From Utricularia gibba (taxonomy: Eukaryota; Plantae; Magnoliophyta), in contig NEEC01000011.1 of NCBI GenBank assembly GCA_002189035.1, forward strand, positions 62,001-126,000: a stretch of 64,000 bases of DNA, given 5' to 3'. Made by a program: the position numbers and the translations under genes. The notes below the pieces were generated by a model. The model had not been told where the DNA came from. It was given only the letters and a program-made list of their open reading frames with translations, and searched no databases. This document shows, in pieces, positions 14,090 through 27,830 of the stretch; position 1 is the first letter of the stretch; the number at the start of each line of letters is the position of its first letter.

Positions 14090-15750
14090 TGAAAAGTTGA
14101 CAGTGCTAAAGGAGACGTGTGTTTTGTAACAACAGAACCACGAATATTAAAAGCACTCTCCAAGTCAATCATTAAAGTATGAGGTTTGGGGATGGCCTTG
14201 ACAATTTGAGCTAATATCGGATGAAGAGAAGACTGATTTTTAGACCAAGCAACAATATCTAAGCTTTCTTGTTGTTACTAGGTAGCTATTATATTTCATT
14301 GTACAAGGTAACCTCAATGGCTTGAGTAGTAGTGAAAGAGTTTGTTGAAACCTACACCATAGACTAGCAATCATTGGTGGCCGCAGCCCATGTTATTTCT
14401 ACATTGAGAATTATTCAAATTGATCTCATATAAACATTCTAAAGACTCAATTGCTACTCTAAAAAAATTCCAGGAAGTGCAAGAGAACTATTAAGATTAC
14501 AAAACATATTTAAGCCATTTTATAAACCAAACTTTTTAACTTTTGGATCAAGAATACTATTTTACAAGAAATAAGGTACGTAGGGACCCATGATATTTTA
14601 AAAACTTCAAAATCATATTACATATACTATCACTTAAGATAACATTATTTTGATATTTTTAGAACACTAAAGTAATACTAATTAAAGAAGATAATACTAA
14701 ATGACTTGTGGGATGATAATCATCCCTAAATAATATATCATAATTATGAAACATGGATAAATAATCAATTAAAACATCATTTTTTTGAAAATAATCTTGA
14801 AATATGCAAATAAATAAATCTGAATGTATTCATAAAAATAATAGCTCTATAAAAAGGCAAGGAACAAAGCAAAATGAAAGTAGAAGTCCTCCTAGTAGAC
14901 AAATCATTATTTAAAGTTGTAAATAAAAATATTATGAACGTTGCATAAATGTTTAAATGCATCTCTTTTTGTACTACTAGTTTTTAAAATCAACACCAAT
15001 TTAGGAATATGATATTAAATATTAAAATTACTAAGTAAGTTATTAATTTACAAAATTTACAATGCATCATGAACACATAAATTTAGAAATGTAAAAAATG
15101 CACCTATAATGAAAAGAAAAGCCATTCAAAAAAGGATTCAATCAAACTTTTTAAAATATCTATAGCACTAGTCTTACCGAAAGCATTATCAAGAGTGACA
15201 TTTAATATACGATTAAAAATACAATGCTCTTTACAAATGTTATTTATCAATATTGCAATTCCTTTTCCAAATTGAGGAGTCACCAAAGCCTTAAAGTTAT
15301 AAGCCTTTTCTCAATCTTCAATTTGAATCAATCCAAATACCAGTAACAATAATATAATTTTCACTATTAATACCATGCCAATGATCACAAGTCAAAGCAA
15401 ATTTACAATGCCAAAGATATAAAAAAAGAAATCAAACTTATTTCCATCTGCTTAAATTGTTTTAAAGCAATTCCAATAGTTGTTTTTTTCTAGAAAACGT
15501 AACAAATTGATTTTGCATGCTATTCACAAAAAAATTATCAGTGAATCAATTTTCAACATCAACAAGTGGTTTTTTCACTTATAATCAAAGCAAGCATATA
15601 ATCAAACTTGGTCAGCTTTTGAATTAAATGAAACCATCTTACTAAGACTATCAACAACAACACTTAACATAGACTGCATGATATTATAAATATTTCTATC
15701 AGGATATTTCATTTTCATATGACATCAAATTTTAGTACTCAAACCTCTTG
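14090..15750 (-). pseudogene. hAT (Ac/Tam3-like) transposase remnant
   Basis: Minus-strand motifs: NYIIVTGIWIDSN*RL (YxxVTAHWID.W), GKGIAILI..IFNRILNVTLDNA (DDE region), ILDPKVK (LDPRFK), and HPILAQIV..DLESAFNIRG (C-terminal dimerisation domain, SESAFS.GG). Heavily decayed. Confidence 0.8.
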
Positions 15751-16339
15751 TGTCGTGAGTGTAACATGGTCTATATACTTACAAAATGCTCTTTTATATT
15801 TTTTTCTTATAAACGAGACTTAAAAAGAGACTTGGTTATCATGTTTCCAAACTGGTTTAGAACGAGACTCCTTAGATTTTGCTAGCGTTTTCTTGAAATA
15901 TCAACACAACCGTCCTCCATTTAAATCTCTCCAATTATATTGTTTATCATGTTTCCAAACTGAGAATTGGTGGGCATTGATGATTCACTTATATGCAGCT
16001 GTTAACATACAAAAAATATGACTTAAACTTTTTAACAAAAAAATTGAAATGCAATAAGAAGATGAAAAGGAGATTAAAGTGAGAATAAAAAATAAAAAAA
16101 TGCAATTCTGACAAGAAAATCATTCGTGAACTCATAGTCAGAAAGTATTCGCCTACTAGAGAGCGGGCGTGGAGTGCCTCTTTAGTTTGACTTATCCATT
16201 CACGGGGATGCACTCATTGCAGCTCTCCGACCACCTCACAACCAATAGATTCTGAATTCGTTAATTCAGAATGAATTATTTATCCATGTTTCATAATTAT
16301 CATAACTCATGATTATCATAACTCAGTTTGGAAATCTTA

Positions 16340-17000
16340 GAAACCAATATCAATAGGTTCTTGTGGTTTTGACCTCATGAAATCGATAGAGCAAGGTGGA
16401 GAGCATCAACTCATGCTCTTTTGGCAGGAGAAAGACAGTGTTTTGTCTGTGGCCGTACCTCAGAATCAATGGACAGATAGTGACCTCGTATCTAGACTCA
16501 TTGGGCCATTGGCAATACTCGGGCACACGCGTGCAATTTGAACGTGAGGGTACGTTGGTAGGACCTCTTATTCTCATGTTCGTCCAAGGAGGAGCAACAT
16601 CGGGCTATTCCCATGCCTTCTTGCAAAAGAGTATAAGGGAGGGTAGGCAATTCCTTACTCCTATAACCGAGTACTCAAGAAGATTAAAGAAGAGTGAAGA
16701 CGCAATGAACATAGCTGGGCAGGATTCCAAACCCAGGAACATTCACTTTATTTAAGGTTCATCGCTCACGTTTATTTCAATTATTTGTTTAAAACCCCTC
16801 TTATTCCCTTACTCAACCTTCATCATTTACGTTTCTCACACTTTTACGCTACTAAACCGTTTACAAATCGTGACAGTTGTATTCGGTGTAATATCACCTT
16901 TCACTGAAAAACAACTCCCTGCGTTTGACACCCGTACTACGCTTTTTTGTTATACGAGTTTTAAAAATATTAAAATTTGTTATGGAAATGACACGTATCA
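16340..17000 (+). repeat. Dispersed LTR-like repeat, copy 1 (3' end ...CACGTATCA)
   Basis: Roughly 70% similar by eye to 52170-52654, and both copies end at the same ...ATCA terminus. Confidence 0.6.
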
Positions 17001-20000
17001 CTATTATCTCGCTTACCCTTGCCCAAATCAGCTCCTTCCAAAGAAAAAAACTTTGTATGTGTTTGCCATAATCCTATGAAATTTCCTAATTTTGACACCG
17101 CTATATGGCTCTAGTAGAATAAACTCTACAATGGTACAAACTGTTTTGTAATTAACTCTTAGCAGATCTCCCTTCATTTCCTCATGTTTTTCCTTATTCG
17201 GAATTTTTTCCCTTCACATATGTTCTCTTTCTAACCTCAACATGATAATCCATAAGTTCTATCAAAGAAATACATGTCTACATCTTGTTTAAACATATGC
17301 CTTTGTCCAATGGGCCATTGTTGCATGCTTGTTGTTTCTTTATTCTATCTTTTCTCTTTTTTTTTCTTTTCTCTACTCTTCTTTTCCCCATATTTCAGTC
17401 ATAGTTGAAAATGTGGTACTCCACACTATTGTTAATGAGTGCAAGTGTCAGAGACTCAACTCAAATGTTAGTTTAGTTTCTACAAGGCATCAACACTATG
17501 TGAGAGGCTATAAACCATTATCCGACACATCTTGATGCTGACTATTGCCCAACAAAGTAAGGATGCTACAACTGAAAGCTGAAGGCAAGTTTTTGGAATG
17601 ATTATGATAGTGATCAAAAGATCCCAACTGATATGAAGGCTAGGTTGGTGACTCAATTATCTTTTATAATAACAAAGGTAAGGATAATGACCCAATACCT
17701 TTGGCTAAAGTGGGAATGTCAAAAGAATCACCAAGTCCCTACCTATTGGTTGATGAGGCAAAACACAATCCTATAGCCTCTCATCAATGAGTGAATCCCA
17801 ATCGTAGTGATCGATGGTGACATTGGACCCAAATAAGATGTCAAGATAATATCCAACAAGATGTTAAAGCCACTAGAGAGACTATAAGGTGTCCTATGAT
17901 GTGCTCTAAAGCTAATTGGTATAGAACAAGGAAGAAAGCGATAATCACAAGTCAACTAGAATCTTTAGTGTGAGTTAGCATGATAATTCACATAATAAGA
18001 CTTTGCTACTAAATAAGGCAAGGGTGGTAACCTAGTAAACTCTGAACTTATCAAAGGTCATAGTAGTAATCCAATAACCTTCTAATTCATAATGAGGTAT
18101 GGGCTATGGCCTGAAAAACTCCACTACTGTAGAGTGGTTGAAAGGTTAGCAATATCACCACCTTCAATAAATAAATAGACATGGGGCAGTAACCCGATAA
18201 TTTCCAATTTAACAATGGAATGAGCAATGACCCACTAATCTTCCAATCCTCAACTTAGGGGAGGATAGTGAATGATGACCTCCCATATGATGCTAATCGA
18301 CTTTTGCCAAAATTTTATAGGTAAGGGTAGAAACCCAATAACGTGAGATACTGAAGGCATGGCTAGTAATCCAATAATCTTCTAGAAGAATAATATATGA
18401 AAGTCTCGCCTGAATAATCCACTTCTCAAAACACCCTTGATAATGTCCCCATGCTAAAATTGGTCCAAACTACAGAAGGTGATGGCAAGAGCCTTGCATC
18501 CTCTCTTCAAGAAACCCCTAAGGTGATCAATGCATGTAATCGATCCTAGAGCTTTCAGAAAGATGGTTTTCTACTAAACTAGAGGCCCAAGGTAATGATT
18601 CCAATGCTCTAGAATAATGGACCCTATTATCATCCTTGTATTACGATATGAGCACCAAGGTGGTGACCTATTATCTTTGTATTACAATATGAGGAGACGA
18701 ATAATGATTGATAGTACTCATCCTTTTTAACTCAATATGGGCATAGGGAGTAATCCACAATTCCTAATGGACAACATTTTGAGGTTTGGGTAATAGCCCA
18801 ATGAATCTCACTTAATTCATTAAATCACTAGGAGAAATGGGTATAGACCTTGCTAGGCTCCACATAGACAGCTCCCAAATGTATAGGGTATTGATCCATA
18901 TGTGAGGGTACCTAAAGATGAACATGACATGATGGTTGAATGAAGGAGGTTGTAGATCCAACTCCCCCAAAACCAAATTAGATGAATATGTAGAGATCTC
19001 TAAGAATTAGAGACTTGGAGCTCATATTCACTATCAAATGTTGATAAAACATCATTTCAAAAGAATGACGTTAATTTTGGGAGCACACGAAAACCAAGTG
19101 AGTGAATCCAAGTGGTAACACACACTATACACTCATGAGCGACAACAAATATCCAATATATGTGAAATGATATTAATATAACTATAATGGGAGAGCAATA
19201 AGGAGGATAAATACAAGGACTTCTCTATATATGACCAAATCATGTCATTTCAAAATTATAGAATCTAAAACTTATAGGAGAATCTGTGGACATATACTCC
19301 TTTTTGTCGAGCATGCTTGAGGAAACTTCTCATGGAGTTTTACCCACCAGATAGTATGAGGTTGAGGAAATGAAAGGAAAAGGAAAGAGTGGCTCCAACC
19401 AAGTGTAGTTAGTAAAGAAGGTGGCACCTGTCTACTGATTTCATGAGACCAAAGTAGCAAAAACCTCTTGATGTTGGTTTCTAAGGTCACAAGACTGAAA
19501 TTACTGAGGTTAAAGAGATGCAATCATGCATGTAAATGATCATATATATAATGAACTCATGATATATTAAATGTTATTTTTTATTCTTCATGTTTTCTAG
19601 TGAGCTTTCATTTTGAATGGTTGCATATTTTCTTTAAATGGCCTTCTTGAATCCATGTATCACATTCAATGCCTTGACCACTAATTTTTTCCAAGAAGCA
19701 TATGGGAATGGAAGGATTAGATGTTGTGATCTAGGTCATAGGGAAAGAGGTCTCATTACTGGCCACTTTGATGCTTCTCGTTTTTGGTTTTAGGTTGGTC
19801 CTTTGGAGTGGACTCACTTCCGAACTAGTTCTTGTGTTTCTAGGTTGTCTTGTGAGTCCTTTAAACCTTGTGTTTATGTAGAACAAAACATGATATCTAC
19901 ACCATGCTTTGCTATGGTTATGTGAATGACTTTATTTATGTTTTACCTTAATCATGTGTGATGTTCACTAAATGTATCCAATGTCCTTTTCAATTTAAGT

Positions 20001-20239
20001 TAATAGGATAATATAGTCTTATGTTTCTTTCTTGAGAATATGACATCAAGGCCTAAGTTCATGAAGGTGTGAATTTAGGCGCTGATAGTTGTGATTTGAA
20101 GTTCCTTGGTAAGATCATTGTCTTCAAACTCAAGTTTGAGTTGTGACCACATCTCTTTTCCACTATTGTAGGTCATCACCAGTGATGTACGGAGAGATCT
20201 AAATCAAAGAAAATCATAACCTTGTCTACCTCTTTTCTG

Positions 20240-20400
20240 GCAAGCAACTCCTCATACCGAGTTTGTGTAGCAGTAGTATTTTCAAGTTCAAGAATTGGTG
20301 AATCATTTTCTTCCACGGCCCATAATTTCATGACTCCAAGATATGCCTTCATACATAGAGTCCATAGTGCATAATCTGATGCATCTTTGCGTAGTACTTT
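20240..20400 (-). pseudogene. Ty1/copia gag N-terminal fragment
   Basis: Translates SDYALWTLCMKAYLGVMKLWAVEENDSPILELENTTATQTRYEE, matching the copia gag NY..W...MKAYL...LW..VE pattern. Confidence 0.55.
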
Positions 20401-22349
20401 TGGAAATGCTTTGATAAAACTTGTTGGATTCTAGAAACTAATGATTCAGAAATGCTCAGAGTAACCTCAAATGAAAGAGAGCTTTTGCATCTATAATAAA
20501 CGTAAGACCATGCAATAGACTTCAATCAAACATGAAATAGACAATTGAAGTGTAAATACTAGAAAATTAACTAACTACCCAAATAGAAGGAAAAACGGGA
20601 TGACCACGTTTTTGAGATTTATCCATGATCTCTCAATGATGGACTTCCACTTCATGAGTAGAGAGACTTTGTTTTGTTCTGTTGGCGGATGACCGGCAGT
20701 TGAGTTATCTTCATTGTCCAACAATGAGTCGCTCTAGAGCTTGATAAGATAATAAGGCTCCACCTCGCAATCTCATCATGTCTCCCTATTATCTTTGTCT
20801 ATAATATTTTCTTGTCGACTAGTAATCGATCTTCTAACCAAAATGGGGAGAACATATCCTCATTTCAAAGATATGGGAGGAAGGTATAGCAAAAGATAAA
20901 ATATCACCTTGACACTTGTCTTTATACTAGTAAAATCTCATCTTTATACTATAAAGAGCGAATGAAAGGGCTTTGTGGACATCTAAAAGCACCCAAAAGA
21001 AGATGAAGCAATTTTTCAAAAGTTTTTTTTAGTTTTTTGGATCAACCTTGTTTGTTTTCTTCTTCAAGTTCATAGTGGAACTTCTTCTTCTACTATATGA
21101 GCACTTCTAGTTTTCCAATTTTTTCAGGTTACTAATTTTAATCTTCATTATCACTTTCTAAAAATACCTCAAAGATGTTTGATATTATAGAAATCAAAAT
21201 TAAAATCACTCAAAATCATCAAGCATCGTAACGATACATTTTTTGTTCTAGCAGATTTAAGAGGCCCTCCCTCCCCCCTATATGTGTGTACGAACAAGGG
21301 GTGGAAAAAGAAAGTGGTCTCAAAATGTTAAGATTATGTTAGTATAGTTTCTAAAGTGTCTCTTCTTCTTCCTTGAATATACTATGTCTTGTAGTTTGTC
21401 TTATCCCATCTTCACTTTCAAGTTTTGCTTTTGACTCCTCCAAACCAATCAATCACTCTTCTCCTTTCACTCCTATGGTAGTGCTAGTGTTGCTTATTTT
21501 GGCGACTAATGTATTACAGCTTGTACTCCTCACCTTAATGTACAAAATAAATCTCTATACCTTTGTGCCTCTTAAATTTGAATTCAGAAATCTTGTACAA
21601 TAGAAAAAAAAACCATCTTGGCTTATTACTAATCCTAATAGTTTGTTATCTTTTTGTGTATATGACATCCAGATTTTAAGCCATCATCTTCCCCGACTAC
21701 ATCAAAGTCATAGTGAGAGCCCATTTGGATTATGTGTAACATTTTTACTATAGTTTAGTTTATTTAGATTCAAATTAATTGATTTGAAATGTTGAAAAGT
21801 AACTCATGTGTAGTTTATCCCTATGATTTATTTAGGTTTATAATCAAAACACATTTGATATGTGGGTCTAAAATATGGGTATTGATGAGTTTATGTGTAA
21901 AATTATAAACATTACCCTATACCTCATTAAATAAATTAAAAAAAATTAATACTCTCGTATTTACTTTTCTGAACCCCCACCTACCCCCATTTTCACCTTA
22001 TTCCTCACAACAGGATGCTACTGGCGACCATGTCTTTGATTTTCTAGTAATAGCTTTTTAAGCCAGCAGCTCGCTACATGCAAGCTTGGCATCGTTTCCT
22101 TTTATTTTTTGTTATGAAATGTTTATGAAGGATATTTCGGTGATATTGTACCAGATAGGTGATTCTATGTATTGGGAGCTTTTATAAAACTTAATTTTTT
22201 TTGAGATCATAAAGATGTCTATTTAAATCACTCTTGAAGAATATTACAAAAAAATGAAACACTCATTCCAATGAACTTCTCCTAAACTATCCAAGAAATG
22301 AACTTCTCCTACATTGATGAAGTATGTGATAACATTCCCATCTTGCATG

Positions 22350-23470
22350 TGATAAACGAAAATTTCACACACTTCATAAATATGTAAATTCTCCTATGAA
22401 ATAAATTTATAGACCTAATTCACAATCAAATATAAGCATAGTGGACTAGGATCGAACACAAAGAGTTATGTGCTTGTTGTGTAAAGGTTGATGCATGTTG
22501 TTTCCGTCACGTTTGAAAGATTTAGTCTAAACTAGGATTAAGGTAGGTTTACAATAAAATACAATAGAAAAACAAACAGATACATTCAACTGCTAATTAA
22601 AACAAAATAATGCAAAGCCTTGAAGGTTCCAGGAGTAGTATGATCATTGCTACACTTAACTCATTCAATCCAATAATCATTTACCTAACAAATGAAGAAT
22701 TCAAGTTTATCTAAACCCTTCTTTTCCCTAATCTTTGGTGTACCTCTAATTAGGTTTGTTTATGATGAATATTACTACTTTTCCCTTCTGAATCTATCTT
22801 GATTTGTAGGAAAATAGTGTGAGTATCGAGATAATGTGTTTAGCCCACTCATGCTTAAGTAAAATTAAACACGTTCATAACATAGCAGCCAAAACATATT
22901 CATGTCACAGTGCAACAACAAGGAAAGAAATATAAACAGAAACATAAATCATGAATAGTTCATGCATAAATCTAAAACTACTCCCAACTAGGAATAATAT
23001 TCTTGATAAACAAAGAAATGTTCAGAGGTAAGCTTTAATCTTGGGTTCGTCTTCTTCGTTCTTCATGGTTCTTCTAAGATTTATTACTAGATCTTCCTTC
23101 TAGAAGCCTGTGGCATGTTGTTCAATGTACGTAGATATTTTCTCTTTCATCATTATTCTCAAAATCTCATTTTTGCAATATTGGGGTTTTAACATCTTAT
23201 ATTCTCAGCTTTTTTCACCATTCCCTACCATCTTTGCTATCCATTTCCAGCTCCTTAGGATTTGGAATGCTGAAAAAAGTACTGCATTGCTAAAATAAAA
23301 TGATTAAAACACAAATTGAGGCTAAATCTAAGATTTAGTTTCAATTTGGAATAAAAACATGTAAAACACTACTAATAAAAAAAGTGCAGAAATGCTAAAT
23401 TAAATCTCAGTTTTATAACATAATATTACTTATTATGTAGTCCTAAAACACTGAAAAACATGTGCTATCA
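22350..23470 (-). mobile_element. Athila-like solo LTR (family A, copy 3) with TSD
   Basis: TGATAAAC...GCTATCA termini flanked by GCATG / GTATG (5-bp TSD with one transition). Homologous to 2253-3280. Confidence 0.86.
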
Positions 23471-25637
23471 GTATGAAAAGCATTAGTGTTACCCTAGAGA
23501 GTTGGGACTTAAGTCACATAAAAATGTTGACTTGTCAAGGTTTTCGATGTTAAACGGATGAGGGCTGAGAGTTTGGCGAGTTCATGAAGTTTTCATTCCA
23601 AATGGTGGAGATAAATGTGCGTACATGTTCGAAGCCACGACTTTTGGGGTCAACAATGGATCAATAGACTCATGACTCGACTGAAAAGTAACATGTAGCT
23701 AGAGAACTCACCAACATTCTATAGTTCACTATCTGGGAGACCATTAATTCCAACCCTATTAGGTTGAACTAACTTCTTGCATGAAAGAATTCATTGTACT
23801 TAGCTTGGTGACCAAATAAAGTAATTAAATAATAACATATAAAATAATTAAATAATAATTTTAAAAATCAAAATATATCAATTGTTCTAATGATCATTAT
23901 TTTATTATTATAATTCTTATTTTATTATTAAAAGTAGATGTGATTCAATATAAACATAACATTTTTAATGGAAATTAATATTTCATATATTTTAATTGAA
24001 AAAATAAAAAAAAATCATTTATAAGTTGATTACTAAAATAAAAAATAATTTTTAATATTACATATATTATCGAAATAATCAAATATGGTTATAATATTGA
24101 TTATGATAATATATTTTATAGTATTATAAAATAATTAATTTTGATATGATATTAATAGAATAAAATCGAAGATTAGTATTGTTTAAGTTCGTTTATTAAA
24201 GTAATCGAATATGAATTTTATATGATTTCTGATCTTGGAATGTAGTGCTTTTGTGGTGTACGTTTTTGCTTGTGGATTTCCTGAACTTTATAAAGGGTCT
24301 AATGCCCTTCTTTTAGCACCCTTTTGCACCTAATAGTTTATATTTTTAGTATTCAACTTGCAATCATTTTACGCATGCTTATATATTGCTATGGTGATCA
24401 AAATATCACCTTGATTGTGGTTCATTTGCAGCCACTTGAAGCACCGAAAAATGCTCAGCACGATGTTGTTGGCCCTGAGTACACATTGGGTGTTCCACAA
24501 TGCTGTCATGTATAATTGGGAAGCACCCCATGCTGTTAAACGTGGTGCTTCTTGGACATGACATCACTGCACTAGGCATTGTGCAGTGCTTACAAGTGTA
24601 ATCGTCGAAAGCACCACAAAACATAAAACAGTGGGTTCCATTACCTTTTGAACCACTTTGGATGATTTGTGGTATTGTCATGCGTAATCATTAGAATAAT
24701 CAAAGTACACAAAATATGAAGTTTCAAATAATATCTTTGTTAAATAACTGAAGTATAAACTATCTAGCAATGACTTTATAGTACTTCCATAAAGGGTGAT
24801 CCTCATTTACCAAACATTATCTAGCACACCATTTGCCTAGAATCATTAGAATGTCCAATTCATTAACCAAAACTTTGAGGAAGATCCTAATATCACCCCT
24901 TGACATAGCGAGTAATTGTTGACATTGGAGATGGTGAAGATGCATGCAACAAGAAATGTCGTGGAAATACTAACCACAGTTAGTGACTTTTATCGTACAT
25001 TCTAGATCAATAAGGTGTTTATGTGGTGGTATTTGCTCTTGAAGTCTATGTTGGCTTTCCATAAGTATTCCAAATATTCCATTAACACAACCACAACTAC
25101 ACTCAATACGACATGACATTCCATTGAAAAGTTCATGTCAATCACACAAGTAAAATCAACAACGAATAATATGTCAAACAGCTACCAAGGAGCAAAACTT
25201 ACTAAAAGCAACAACTCACAATTGATCAACAGAATGCTTATTAAAGAGAACCCATGAAAACGTACCCAGATAGCTGACGATTCATGTGCATCATAAGACA
25301 ACACATGACGCATGTTGGTTGTCAAAGCTTCGTAGAGAGCGCGACGTGCAGATTTTCCACGTATCTATACTGAATTTGAATTTGAGTATTGGACGAAAAG
25401 TAAAAATGGAAGATGCAAGTTGTGTTTACATAAATGACCCCACCTACCCCTTGGTTTATGTAAATCCTCTTTGATAGATTCCCACTGAATATATAGGTAA
25501 CAGATAGGCCTAATTCATGCAACAACCAACTGATCTTGTTTGTTCTTGTTTTTCACTTGTTGCATACTTTGACGTTTGTGAATGATCCAAGTGTATTGAA
25601 TTTGGATGTCCACAATAGAAACAATTTTACTGTTATT

Positions 25638-27613
25638 TTACAGCTTTGTGTCTTCGACACCAACGAACAATTTGGCGATATCTGCTGCCGCCTTAGCAGT
25701 AGTTGAGGAGGGATCGGCAGAATCTGAACACCTCCGGAGAAAGCATGCCAGAAACTCCTTGTTCCCGTCTGCACCCTTTAAGGGGGACTCTAACCACCCT
25801 CTGCAATCAAATCCAAAGCCCTCCACACCGTTTATGATTTTTTCAAGAACCTGCATAATTAGTTTATGCCCCAGCCGCAGAAGGACGTCAGTGACATTTG
25901 GCATGCATATTCATCCATTATCAACAAAAACAAAACCTTACTTCCTGATGGACTGCTCCACTTCTCACGATTCCGCCCCCACCAATCTGAGCATCAAACC
26001 CACGTTAAGCTGCTAAATCATCTCACTGGAAGGTATCAGAATACTTCAAGCATACCTGCGATCTCCGTGCCTCAAATTGAGGTTTAATTAGAGTCACCAA
26101 CATGGCATCTTCCTTCATCACACCCACGACAGCAGGCATGACCTGCAAAACTAAAGCATAGTAAAACGAAAATCACGGCATTCTAAAGAAAATATATTTC
26201 GCAAGGATATGACGTACTGTTAGTATGGAAATAAATGACAGGTCCAGGGTGACCATATCGACCTTTTGTGGAAGCTCAGAAAGATATCTCAAGTTTGTCC
26301 TCTCAATGACAAGAACACGTTGATCACATCGTATTTTTTCAGCTACCTGTGTTTGACGCAGCATTGTCAGGGTATCCTAAACTTCGTACAAACAGCGATT
26401 AAGTAGCATAACTGCCTCTCAAATTTCGGAAGAGAAGTGCAAGATAAGGGCAGCCTTCTCAACAGTTTCACATACATTTAACTTACCAAGCCATAGCCTA
26501 CATCGACACCATAGACAAATGAAGCACCATACTGAAGCAAACAGTCGGTGAATCCACCAGTGGAGAGTCCTGAATCAAGAACAACTTTTCCAGCTACATC
26601 AATTTGTAGCTGTTCTAGGGCAGCCTCTAATTTGTATCCTGCTCTGTGAGCGTGTTAGCAACAGAGGGCCAAAGAAAAAAAAATTACTGCCATATTCTGA
26701 GAAAGAAAATAAAATTTTTCAAATACAGAATCAGTGCATGCTTTATCACCTACAGACGTATTTTGGAATCTCAGCCTTTATCTCCACAACAGACTTATCA
26801 GAGACTTGAGCTCCAGATTTATTTACCACTTTTCCATCAACGTACACTTTTCCTAGGAAAAATATACATATACATTGGAAAAAGAGCTGCTTTGCAATGA
26901 CACACGAAAACGGAGATCATGACTGGTGTCTACCCCGAGAAATCCATGACTGTATAATTGATCGAGAATACTGATGAAATCTCTCAACGCATAGTTGATC
27001 CAACCTCTTTTTCCTGGAGCAAAGTGAAAGCGGCGTCAAGGACAAGATAAATGCGGAGCATCACAGCACAAGACAAACTAGATGAAACAGAGTGAGGATT
27101 ACTTTCTGTGTACTACTGTATTTTCTGAACTTAAAGCAGCAAAACTCCTGAGAGGTTGGCTATTGCGCAGCCTCTTGAAGCAGCTTGCTGATTAAATACA
27201 AATAGGAGCAGTCAAGGTTCGCAGCCAAACACAGAGAAATGTGACAACTATAAAAAAACAAAAATCTAATCCAGCTAGTACGACAGATACTTGGACAGAT
27301 GCATAAATTTACGCAGAAGCATTTCCTTAAACCGATGGGAAATCTGAATCACCTCCCATCAATCAATATAGAAGATTAGGGGAAATACCCTTGCCTTTAT
27401 ACAGAAAAATCGAATGAAATTCCATCCAGTTCAACTTCTCATAAATTTTCTGAAAACAAACCAAAGAAAGAAAAAGTCGTAGGGGAGACAAACATTACCA
27501 GGGAGCTTTGGAGAGTTGGGACGACTTCTTGAAAACAAAAAAAGGCGACAATAGCTGTGGATTTCGAGAGGGTAACGCGAACTCGGAACTTTCAGAATAG
27601 ACTGCAGCGCCAT
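25638..27613 (-). CDS. tlyA: TlyA / hemolysin-A family RNA methyltransferase (S4 + FtsJ-like domains), probably organelle-targeted, 337 aa
   Basis: Nine exons with GT-AG borders: 27499-27613, 27103-27187, 26934-27013, 26750-26852, 26487-26643, 26218-26346, 26056-26142, 25942-25986, 25638-25850 (1014 nt, open). Motifs: [89 protein letters not shown]. The Ser/Arg-rich N-terminus resembles a transit peptide. Confidence 0.95.
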
Positions 27614-27817
27614 TTTCAGCCGTCTTCGCGTTCAGGTGTTTCCTTCGGTACAAAAATTTCATATTAACTATCCCTAGTATTTTCTACGGCCCACGATTTC
27701 AAAAATTACTTATTCATGCCGTGTATTTTTGGTAATGTTTAATATTACCACGATTTCATTTTTATTTACAAATTACATCACTAATGCAATGTTTCAGAAA
27801 TTAAAATGCCACTATAA

Positions 27818-27830
27818 GAGCATCTCCAAC
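27818..27830 (+). mobile_element. Left TIR of a PIF/Harbinger (Pong-like) element
   Basis: GAGCATCTCCAAC preceded by TAA (27815-27817), the typical TIR/TSD combination of this superfamily in plants. No matching right TIR was found. Confidence 0.75.

Noticed and set aside
17560-19100. Degenerate repeated motifs (AAGG..ATGACCCAATA, TAGTAATCCAATAA) as a CRISPR-like or novel repeat array
   Set aside because: Spacing is irregular and divergence high, typical of decayed retroelement internal repeats. The context is a eukaryotic genome.
2253-23470. LTRs at 2253-3280 and 22350-23470 as the paired LTRs of one 21-kb element
   Set aside because: The 22350 copy has its own TSD, the copies differ by a large indel, and there is no PBS or PPT next to them.
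24330-24700. Minus-strand ORF 24406..24681 as a gene
   Set aside because: No recognisable domain, and the alternative frame that looks more protein-like is full of stops. It is probably a TE relic.
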